Origin: Patellaria atrata CBS 101060
Taxonomy: Eukaryota
DNA: 64,000 nt
Assembly: GCA_010093705.1 (NCBI GenBank)
Contig: MU006099.1
Coordinates: forward strand, 744,001 to 808,000
Direction: 5' to 3'
The first letter of the stretch is position 1. Each line of letters begins with the position of its first letter. The notes under the pieces are model-generated. The model was not told the DNA's origin. It saw nothing but the letters and a program-made list of their open reading frames with translations, and searched no databases. Shown piece after piece: positions 1-10,616 of this stretch. Position numbers and translations under genes: made by a program.

Positions 1-270
1 TCCTCATCAGCAGAAGTCCTCTACATTGGGGGACATGCTTACAAGTATTTGTCCTCCTTGGGTCCCTGCATATATGCAATCTATAGAGACTACTAGTGCT
101 AGAATCGACTTGTCATGCCTCATCCGGTGGGACAATACTGGGCAAACTGCCTGCTTCTCAGCCATGGGTGCACGATGCCCGTTGCTGGCTGAGACGCCAT
201 TGCTGCCATTCGCGAGGCCTGTTGTACGACTACCAGTCAGCACAACTTGTCGAAGAGGTAAGGAAGACAT
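1..270 (-). CDS. DUG2: 5' end (partial, runs off window) of glutathione degradosome subunit Dug2 (WD40 + M20 peptidase)
   Basis: Translation HRMRHDKSILALVV..IYAGTQGGQIL resembles the Dug2 N-terminal WD40 start (H..SIL....FAGSQ...ILV). A GTAAGC donor at 42-37 (minus) begins an intron that leaves the window. The start codon is uncertain (ATG at 270 or 165). Confidence 0.7.
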
Positions 271-427
271 GAGTGGGTGCCATTTCTGCGTGTATTGAGA
301 GCTTCATTATTGAGACTTGTGACAAGCTGTCATCCAAAAGGAATGCTATTCCCCCGGCTCAATGTCGGTTAATGGAGCTTTCTTCTTTGGACTTGAGCCA
401 TCTGTGAACCTTTCCCTTCAATTATTC

Positions 428-805
428 TCAAGGAATTTTTTCGAACTTTTTATTTAACTTACCTTCACGTCGTCGTGTTTGTGTGGCTACCATTAGCAAA
501 CCATCCGGAACTGGTACTATATCTGGTACTGAACCTCCGCAATCCATGGATTTATAGGTCCAATAGCCCTCGCGATCGATACCACTGCACCCAGCAGCTA
601 TCGAGTTGAACGAGTGCTCCCACTCGACGGGTGTGGTAGAGGTTGTACTGGTGTTTTGAGGAGAAATAATAGATGATACATTTTCCGGAGAAGTCGGTGA
701 CTCTGCTTCTCTGATCTCAGTGTTATCTCTATCTCTACGAGTAAGCATACGGTTAATCTGAGTCGCATATCGACTGCTCGACCTTCTCAGCGAATCACGA
801 GTCAT
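428..805 (-). CDS. Possible small hypothetical protein (125 aa) or long uORF upstream of DUG2
   Basis: ATG-initiated ORF with protein-like composition, and a TATATAA element at about 909-915, roughly 105 bp upstream. No recognised domain. Confidence 0.3.
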   Translation of the reverse strand: MTRDSLRRSSSRYATQINRMLTRRDRDNTEIREAESPTSPENVSSIISPQNTSTTSTTPVEWEHSFNSIAAGCSGIDREGYWTYKSMDCGGSVPDIVPVPDGLLMVATQTRRREGKLNKKFEKIP

Positions 806-3018
806 CTTTTTCCCTTATAGCGTACGTGCACCATGTAAAAAAAGGGAATATCCGGTAATGACGAACATATTCTTATCTATTGCGAATTCGTCGATACCAT
901 TTACGACTTATATAAGGTGGTACATTTGTTTCAACGGACTGTGTATCGCTGTTCTAACTACATCTCATCGCATTGCGTGGATCGCGAGCAAGTCACAGTT
1001 TGTACTGCAAGCATAATGCGGCCATGTTTTTTATGATGCAAGATACTGCAGGTACTTTACAGTGACTTAGCCAATCGCCAACTCATTTTAATATCATTTT
1101 CCTTTCTTCATCTACGTATGCTGCGTTGTCTCACTCTCTTATACCCGTTCGTCATTACTCGCCCTCAGTCTACTACGGAGCTTACCCTTCCAGCCATTCC
1201 TACAAATCAGTCTCCATCCATGTGCGCATTGCTTATGAAAGATCCTAGAAAATTTGAATGGTTGCTCGCTTTTCAGAGTATGTACAGTGCTACCGGTGTA
1301 TGGCGGGCGACACCATAAACTCAAAGCTAGAGCAGCTGGACAGATCACGGTTATGGCTACAGAGAGAAGTTGCACGCTTTACAATGCGCCTACATACTCT
1401 TCTACACAAAAATTGGTATTACTGCATTCCTGAAGCAATTTGCTGTTATCCATCATGAATCAGGGAAAAGCTACGGCTTTGTTTTGAGACCACGGTCTTA
1501 CTCTACTCAAGGGCTGGTCAATGCGAAATATCCCCGAATTATATTCCGTGAGGTAGGTTCACGCTATTTCTTTGCATAAATGGAAGATCTATCCCATGGC
1601 GATGATGACTGGGATTTATGTCCCGACAGATACTTGGTAGAGCAGATTCTTCGTTTATACGTATGCCAACTATGTTGTTCTGTGTTTTCGATGCATTACC
1701 AGCTCGTTAACCGTTCGCATAAGTCGTGCTTGCGCATGGGGAAGTTGTTCTATGACCTCTGAAAGGCAAGTCTGAGCCGAAACAACTACTCTGAATCTAC
1801 CTATGAGTTACTCGACCAACTATATGCCTTCCGAGTTAACCGGGGGACATTGAATTCGTCCTCTGTACACTTATAAGTACCTATTCCCGCCTGGTGGAGT
1901 CTGTGGCGCGGCTTTGTGGCGCGGGTACACCAGGTTCGGTTTTGATTTCGCCGCCTCGTGTTTTCATTAGGGACGACATTTACCGCACATACAGTAATCC
2001 CTCAGGTCAGATTGTCGGAGTCTTCGATTTCAATGCAACCTGGATGACGACTCTTTGGTAAACGAACCTGAAGATCGAAGATAATCGCCAGTTTAGGCTC
2101 GGTTCTAGGCTACGAATAGGAACATGGGCTCTCAGTATGATGCGGCGGCTGGTTACTGGTATTAGATAGACAAACAACGGATGCCACGTTCAAAACTTTT
2201 TCAAGGAGCGAAAAGAAGTTTTCAGGCTATCCAGATGGACATCAGTTACCAATGAATGCATGAGAGATATTGCTGTTCCATTCAAGGCCTACGGCGTCTC
2301 GCTTTCATGCTTTTCATGGCCGCCCTGATCTTTGAATGTGCAGAAGCGAGACCAGTGAGGTCGAAACAGAAGCCGCCACGATCGATACCCAATTCCTGCC
2401 AACGACGAAACACGGAGTCAGCAGCGCTCTTGGGCCTGTCCGTCACCATGGATCGAGATGAGTCGATGCAGCTGGAGAAGAAAAGTCGGAGAAGTATCAA
2501 AGGTGGTAAAAGAGTGATGCGGGCAGTGCATTGACTGGTCTTGCCTTTGCGCCTACGCAACCTAAATTTTGAGCGTCTGCTCCCCAAAGACCCAAATCCT
2601 CCAGCCAATTTGTACCTCTAAAACCTCTCTCACCCACATCTCAAGATCTACCATGCGTCGATAACCTTCATGGCTTGCTGCATGTAACTTTGTAGCATAA
2701 TACATTCACCACTTTTCTGTTCTACCTTTTTACTCAGTCCGCCCTTTGTCCGAGCAACAAGACCTAACAAAGCGGTCTTTGATCAAGGCTCTCAACATCC
2801 AAGGATACCGGTAGTAATACTAATTTCAGCACCATAGTACTTGATTCGGACGTATCCACTTCGCAGGTCGAAACTTCAGAGAAAAAAGAGATACCTTATT
2901 GATAATTCCTTGTTGGACAAGCAGCAGAGAACCGAGCGACTTTTATATATTCTGCAATTCCACGTTTCACGACTTAGTTAGGCCACACACGCTCCAGGTT
3001 CCCTGCAGCCCCGACACC

Positions 3019-4344
3019 ATGCCCCTCCCTCTGGGACAGACGATCACCGTCGTCAACAAATCTGGAAAGGTCGTCAGCACAGTATGAAGATCCCCAGCGG
3101 ACCCCGTATTTTGGTACTGTCACTGACAGTTTCTTTCCCAGAGCAAACATCTAGTCAATGTCTTCAAGGAAGCAAAATCCGCGTATAGAGAACGAAAGGC
3201 GGAAATCCAAGCCGCCCGAGATGCGGAAATCGAACAGAAACGTACCCAACGGGCTTTCAAGGCGATGACTATCCAAGATGACGATGACGATAATCGTTCA
3301 CGCACGTCGAGAAGATCAAAATCGCATAGGGATCCCACTAGACCTCCCATGGAGCGTGGCTATTCGGACAGTTTCTATGCTAACGACCCTCCTTCACCCC
3401 GCAGAGCCAATACTGACCCAAGAGCGCGGCACAAGTCTCCCCTTTATCAGGAACAGAAATTTGACGTGGCAGGGGAAACGCGACGGGGTGAATTAGTTCG
3501 CAGGAATACAGATGATCCTAGGATCTCAAACCAGAGCGTCGACCGTCGTGGCTCCGAACAGTATATCGACATGGACCTCGCATACGGAGACCTACCTCCA
3601 CCCCTCCCCACATCAAACTACGAAGAAGAAGCCGAACTCCGCAACAAGGTTTCTCGCCTGCAACAAATGCTCGACGAGGCAAACTGTCTTCATCACTCCG
3701 TGACTGCTATGGTCGACAATTTACAAAAGAACCCTGATGCTCTTGCCGCTGTGGCGCTCACGCTCGCTGAAATCAGTAACATCGTCACTAAGATGTCGCC
3801 CGCAGTTCTTACCTCGCTCAAGGGCTCTTTTCCGGCCGTCATCGCACTCCTCGCAAGCCCGCAGTTCATGATTGCTGGTGGTGTTGCAGTGGGCGTCACT
3901 ATCGTCGCACTTGGTGGATTTAAGGTCATCAAGAAAATCCAGGCGCATAAGAAGGAGGAAGAAGAACGTGTGCTCGAGGAACCACTCGAAATGGATCAGC
4001 TACAAGAGCGGGAACTCAGTCGTATCGAACTATGGCGTCGTGGTATCGCTGACGCTGCCGCTGAGAGCGAGGGCTCGACCGTTGATGGCGAGTTCATCAC
4101 CCCAGGTGCGAGCAGACATCTCATCGATGTTGGCGTGCTAGACAAGGGAGATATGAAGAGTAGCCGAGGCGGGAGATCGCGGAGAAGAAGCGCTGATGAT
4201 GCTAAGAGCAAGGCGCCGAAACCCCCAAAATCAGAGAAGAGCAGTAAGAGCACGAGCCGTTCGAAGAGTGAGAAATCCAGGACGGGGGTGAAGGTTATTA
4301 AGCGGCATAAGGAGCCGAGTGGCCTGAGGATGCTGTTTACGTGA
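3019..4344 (+). CDS. Fungal hypothetical protein with one predicted transmembrane segment (2 exons)
   Basis: Exon 1 3019-3081 (MPLPLGQTITVVNKSGKVVST). Intron GTATGA..CTGAC..CAG 3082-3141. Exon 2 continues in frame into the 359-aa ORF. Hydrophobic stretch FMIAGGVAVGVTIVALGGF. Confidence 0.85.
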
Positions 4345-5279
4345 TGATGTTCGGTAAGATCTGGGTCTGATTTCGCAAATCTCCGACGGAACTCAATGTC
4401 GCCTTCGATGATGTTAGGTGCTGTCTCGGTAATATCCTTTTCTGTTGTAGAAGAGCACATTCCCAAGCCAACATTTACCCCCATCAAAGGTTAATTTCAT
4501 TCCTCTTGTCAGTCAACCAAACGCATCACACAGCAATGACTTCCTCCGACCTCCTGAGGATGATGGGAACCCTTTTATTTCTCTTGTACTGCACATATGA
4601 TATAGTCTATTCGGGTTGGGGTTCTAATATTGTAGAGCGATTTAGCGAACTGGCGCTGTGGGCACATAGTGGGTGTACTTTGCATGTTTATATTCTTTTC
4701 TCGTACCTCGAGGCGATATACATACTAGCGCGCATGTAGAGCACTATCTCACGATTGTCATGAGTAAATTAGCGTATACCATATCCAAACGTGCATACTT
4801 GGATCCTGTCTATGACCTTATTCAGAGGCACTGTTCTCTGCCACTAATTCCGTTATTCCGTTACGCTCATGTGTATTACGATGCCGAATCTATCACCCTC
4901 TTATGATTAATTAAACCCTACCTGTTGTTCCTCACGGCTCACCAGAAAGAGGACGTTTTGTTCATCATTCATGTTGGTCGTGATGTACCAGAGGCGCACG
5001 ACACTCCATTTTCAGATTTGGTGGAATCATAACTTCTGCTTGAGTGATGACCAAGGATTTACTTCAATCTCAGACCCTAAACGCACATAATTGATCCAAC
5101 GAAATCATGGTAAGTCCATTCAAACAAACAATTTATTACTCCCATGATAAGTCGGTTGCAGATATGACGTTGCCCACACTGTACCTTACCCTCATTTCCG
5201 ACCATGCTTACTGTAGTTAGCACTGTTGCCTAAGCCCGCACAGACCACTCACTAGCGCCCACTAGCTTCCTACACCACA

Positions 5280-5287
5280 TATATAAA
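5280..5287 (+). promoter_or_regulatory. TATA box of the U1 snRNA gene
   Basis: TATATAAA lies about 45-50 bp upstream of the U1 5' end and is followed by a pyrimidine tract. Confidence 0.65.
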
Positions 5288-5331
5288 CCCTTCGCTTCCT
5301 CCTCTTCGCTTTCTCCTTCTCTTTCCTCTTC

Positions 5332-5470
5332 ATACTTACCTTCTTGGGGTCGTCTACGATCAAGAAATCAGACACCTGACGGACCGTCCTCCATTCGCAC
5401 AGCGGGGCGACCGGACCGCCATTGATCTCCTTCGGGGGCTCAACTGGGGCAATTTTTGTTGGCAAACCAC
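5332..5470 (+). ncRNA. U1: U1 spliceosomal snRNA
   Basis: 5' ATACTTACCT (5' splice-site pairing). SL1 loop GATCAAGAA (U1-70K site). SL2 CGTCCT/GGGGCG with loop ATTCGCAC (U1A-site-like). SL3 capped by cTTCGg. Sm site AATTTTTG at 5451-5458, followed by a short TGG-CAAA-CCA hairpin. The 3' end is approximate. Confidence 0.9.
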
Positions 5471-6655
5471 TTTTTTTTTCATTGATGTGCTCGTTTATGA
5501 ACGGGCTATTGAAGAAAAAAGAACTCTCTTACGGATTTTGCTACTGAATTTTCCCGTGTGGGATTTCGGTTTAGCTAGATGGTTCGTGGACTGCGATTGA
5601 TGCCTGCTTTGATGACTGGACCCATCAAGCGATGGCGTTCGTGTCCAGCTTGGTGCTTTCAAGCTCTGATGGTTGACTCATCTGTTTACGCTCGTCTCTC
5701 ACTGACCGTAGTCCAATAAACGGAGGGAATCAGCCATGAGAACAGGCTGTGCTTCTCTCGTGAGCTGAAAGTCATTTCATGCCTTGATACTTAAGTAGAG
5801 CAAAACTGTAAGATTCACATGAAAGGGAGTAGTCCAAGTTAAACTATCTCATATTTTTATAGACGAGGTACGAGAGGAGTGACTCCCTGCTGTGGTACAG
5901 TGCAAATGAAAACGCGCCCAAGAATCTCCACCGCCTTACCGTGGTAGATTGCACAACCAGCATACATGTACCGCCTCGAGGTGTTATTACATTTGATATC
6001 ACTCTTACCTTCTTCCATAATCCTTTCTTTTGAAGGACACGTCATGGGCAACTATCAATATATGGAGGCAGTAATCGCGCACATGAAAAGGATGAGAGCG
6101 GATCAGAGACTCGGTGAAATCATAGAGGAATTGATATGGGCTGGCGAAGTTAGCATAGATATCATAGATAAGAGGTGTGCTTAGTGACAGAAAAGATCAG
6201 ATTACGGTGATAGGTGCAAGGGACGGGAAGGGAGTCAGGATAGAAGTTCCTCACGATGAATATGATTTGATAAATAGAATATCTGCTAAGGCAAGCTTAT
6301 TTGAAAGCTCGCGGTGTCCGCCTAGCGTACGTATGGACCGTGTAGCTGTAATTTCTGATTACCATCTGTCTGCTTAAGGGGAGGGTGTTACCGATGTGAT
6401 GGATCTCTTTTATTAACAAATCTTCAACAAAACTCATCGAAAAACCCGAATTCCACCAGTTATCTCGTAAATCTTGCCCTACCCGTGGTTTGAGATGGTT
6501 TCAAAAGGCGTGAACACCGAACGCCTGCGGCAAATGAGTAACCGTTCGATATTTACTTCGAAAGACTTAACCACCGAATGCATGCCTTAGTGATAAAACA
6601 AACTCCAAACGCCTTTGCAGCATGCTAAGAATGTGTTGTATATCGACCTAGAACT

Positions 6656-7557
6656 TCAAAGATCTTCATCAAGCTTTCCGAAGACGTGCCGAACGCGATT
6701 AGTCCCCTTCTGCTTGTTTGCGCTAAAACCGTCACCTATCATAAAAATTCAGTATAGTCTTAGCAACGGTTCATGTGGAGGAAAAACATACCCGTGTCTT
6801 TTCTTGTTGCTGTGATCAAATCGCCGTCCTTCTTCGCGATCCAGTTCTTAGACTTCGCGGTGTTTTGGAACTCTTGCCACTTCTTACGTCCAGCCTCATT
6901 ATCCTTATTCGACTTCTTCTTCTTGATGGGCTTTCCGGACGGGTCGACTTTGTTGAGAGCTGTCTTGCTCCCCTCTGCTACATTCGAGGTGGAAGTTGGT
7001 TTAGCAACAGCAGTGGGAAGGTTGTCGTGGGGCTTCGCGCTTTTGGTCTTGATGTCTGCTTTGCGGACCGTCTCATAATTGCCATAACCAGTGAATACCA
7101 CGATGTAGACGGGGTCTAAGTCAGATCCAGTCTTAGAGGTAATCTTCGCAGGGTACCAGGCCTTGTCGCCCGTGATCCATCGAGCCATCACCGTATCATT
7201 GACATTGAATGTAGTTGGGGCCTCCTCTTGAGGCTGTTCCGCCGTCGGTGTCGCATTCGAGCCAACCCGTTGAAAGCCAGGCTGGAATGCAGGATGCTTG
7301 CTGCGGTCCCACTTCTCCGGGGCCGGTGCGGGTAGCTTCGCTTTCGCTGCTTCAAGCTCTTGTTTCAATTCCTCAACATGTTCCCTATTGAGGGCAAGAA
7401 GGGCTTCGATATCTTGTTTCAGACCGATGAAAGCTTCATTGTCAGGTTGTGTGGCTAGAGAGTTGACGACACTCGAAAGCTGCTCAGAGTATTGATCGTG
7501 CTCTAGATCTTGTTGCGCAATATCGCGTTCGATGCGTTTTACCTCTGCTGCAGCCAT
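6656..7557 (-). CDS. SPF30: Tudor-domain splicing factor Spf30/SMNDC1 (2 exons)
   Basis: N-terminal YSEQL..V..SL...PDN coiled region and Tudor domain FNVNDTVMARWITGDKAWYPAKITS..YIVVFTGYGNYETV, followed by KWQEF. Intron 6791-6736 (GTATGT..TAG). Last exon ends RVRHVFGKLDEDL-TGA. Confidence 0.85.
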
Positions 7558-9424
7558 ATTGATAGAATTCTGTGGAACTAAAGCAGATATGTAGTAGAGT
7601 GATAATGATTTTCGGTGGTCATCTTGATAAACTCCGAGCTGCAAATGCCAAGCTCCTATCCCGTGATGCAACCTTTTTTCAACTTCCCCTGATTCGCGGT
7701 ATCCCGTTAATCTCTACCTGAACCATTAATCTGCTTTTATGACCTCCTAAGACGAGGTGGAAATCCCGCTGGAGTACAGAGCAAAACATTGGAAATTCTT
7801 TAAGCAGTAGTAGATGGCCTCAAGCGGAGCCAACAACAGAACTCAACATCTCGTCCGAAGTAATTGGGACGACGGGGTACATTACTTCTTTGGTGGTAGC
7901 ATTTTGTGGCCTCAAGGAGAGTTAACCGCTCTCTCCATTGTACCGTACACACATGTGTATATACTAGAACTGGATGATACTGCTGAGCTGTACAGATATC
8001 TGATATCAACTTCTACGATTGTGCGAGAGCTTCTACAGTACAGGCGTACTACTTTCCATTAATATCCGCAAGGTTTTAAGCCCCTTTTCCGCGTAAAGTA
8101 CATTAAATGGAGAGCAATCAAGGAGTACCCACGGTTGCATGCTTTGTTATGTTCTGTATGTATAGCAAGCGTACAGTACAGAGAATAAGATTATTAAAGG
8201 GACGGGCCTGGCCGCTATATACTTACAACGTATAAGGTCCTTTCCCCAAGCTCTTTCTCTCGCTCTTTTGTATACTTTTTCTTCAGGTATACCAGGCAAA
8301 ATACCCACGATAAGTATGCGCGTGCGGATTAGATACCTAATTATTACTTCTAAATGTACTTCGTTATCCCGTCCCTTTAGCACCTGGGTTAATTGGCTTT
8401 CTCGCCAAATACTCGGAGATGACATGATCCAAGACGAGGCGCACTATGGAGCCGATCAAGCAATCTGAACATTTGACGGCCATCGGGCGGAAGACTTCGG
8501 CGCGAAAGTCCTATTATCCCGGTAAGTAAAGCGTGTATGCGGTTTTCTGCTTAATAATTGTGAGGTTTTCTCTTAGTTATCGCCATAGAAGCAAAATCGT
8601 AACTATCACATGCCGTACATAACATATTATTAGAGCAGTGTGAGCTAGACGCAAAAATGGAAATAACGTATTAGCGACGGCGCGGAACGCATTCGTCATT
8701 TAGCTGTAAAAAGAGACCTTAGAATTCATAGAAAAAAGAGGGAGGAGAAAAAAGAAGATTGAAACCACAAAACAATTAGGCCCGTGAGCCTCCTTGAACC
8801 CCCGGTTAGGTTTTTGCTGCCGCTGCTCCATTGACCTGAGGTTTACCGATAAACCCGCCCGGAGGGAGTTTCGAGCTGATGACGATTTGGGGAGAAGGGG
8901 TATCGTAGTCAGACTGTCTGACCGCTCTGCCATTGTTAGTTGAAAAGAGCTTCCGCCGGAAAACTATTTAAAGTAAAGTAAAAGATGCCTTTCTGGTAGA
9001 GGCCAAGACCACATCAGTTCGATTCCCGTTAGGATCGACTTCTTTTTATAAATTTCATATAATGTTCTTTCTATTGTGCTATACCGAAGAGCTCTACGAA
9101 GATACATTCAATCGAAGCGATATACTGTAGGATCAAGTCCTAAACTTCTTCTACGTCTTATAATACAAAATCCTGCCGATTAAAGCAATACAGTTAAGTC
9201 TAGAAGCTAGAATATACTATATTTATCACTTATAGAATATCATACTTTCGATGGTAATATTATTTCCTGTATACTATTATTGTTTGTGGAAAATGATAGA
9301 CTCCCTAAAAATAATTATCACATCCCACAATGACTCTTCCCTTCGGAAGGCATACAATCGGATTCGAGCTTGTATTCTCTAGTCTGTACAGCATCATTCG
9401 AGACTTACTGCATGCATTCTCCCC

Positions 9425-9955
9425 TTAAGCTAGTCTAGCGGTGGCGGAGCGGAGGGGGCGATGTTTTGAGAGGGATAGAATTGGGGATAGAGTATTCTGG
9501 TCCGTCTGTCGTACTGTCAATTGCGTTCTAGTATACAGCAGTAGTATAAGTGCTCTGGGCTCCTTAGTCAGAGGAATGTCGGCCTGAAATAATTTTCCCT
9601 GGATATTAACAAGACTGTACGAGCTGTCCAAAACCTCTAGTATCACAGCAGTGCCCATTGGTTGGATCTAGTTAAGAACGACTGAATTGGTTCGGGGCCT
9701 GGTAGCCTAGTTTATGTCTCGAATATATGCTCTGTGTTCTTCTACAACCTGTCCATTGTGCATCCAGTCGTCTTGCATCTGCTTCAGCATAGCGTGGGCG
9801 TCATTGTGGTCTTCTGATATCTTTAGCTAGCATCGTAGGATTGCTCCCGGGGTATCGTTATACAGAAGGGAGTATTTAAAGGAAGGTGGACTTGAAACAC
9901 GGACCCATAACTGAGATTTCCAGCCATGGCGGAAACGATGTAGTTGCTCAAATCC
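9425..9955 (-). pseudogene. Possible decayed ORF (about 175 codons with three in-frame TAG stops)
   Basis: A single frame is interrupted only by TAG at 9829-9827, 9709-9707 and 9670-9668. The neighbouring 9050-9320 region is AT/TpA-rich. Confidence 0.3.
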
Positions 9956-10616
9956 GGTTTAGGATCAACTACGTATATTTGAAAGTTTTATTAGAACTGA
10001 GTGAAGGAGGAGTAGGGAGAAACCGTGAATAAGTTAGTGGGAAGCTCCAACGAAATATCGGAGGCGGAAGTTTCTGAGAATCTCACATCAACCACACGGG
10101 CCATAACTCTTTGGGTAAACATCTGACAACCTCTACCGGCCAACAACATATTAGATATACAAATCCACAATTCAAACTGTGTCCGACAAGATCACTAGTC
10201 ACTATGCTCCTGAGAGGTTCTGCACCAAACAAACTTACTACTGACGAGAGGAAGTTAGAGGCAGGGAGTGGAAACACAAGAGGGAGAAATCGTCACAACA
10301 ATGCCATATTCAATCATAAATCATCAAGCATTAGTGCTAGGCTAGTTCAAGCAAATATCGAAAAGCAAAAAACACGGAAAAGGTCGCCGCAAGACTGGGT
10401 ATAATATTGTTGGCTCAAGGCCAAACAACCAAAGCAAATGGGTATTACTACCCACAAACTCCACCCACGCCGCAACACCGAAAAAGAACCCAGAGTCAGC
10501 AAACTTTTGCGAGTATTGTACAGAGAACGGGAAAAGAAAGCAATAAAACAGATTTGGCGCCCTCAGACGCGCGAGAGCAAACAAGGAATGTGGAGTCATG
10601 GACTCCTTACGGGATC

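Noticed and set aside
5609..5669. Box C/D snoRNA (TGATGA...CTGA)
   Set aside because: Short, with no terminal stem, and I could not recognise an rRNA-complementary guide.
8770..8935. U3, RNase MRP/P, SRP or telomerase RNA identity
   Set aside because: Only partial word matches. U3 box A is absent, the P4-like halves are too close and imperfect, and AACCTAACC does not template TTAGGG.
8985..9040. Intact tRNA gene
   Set aside because: No anticodon arm and the T-stem does not pair. Kept only as a relic/B-box observation.
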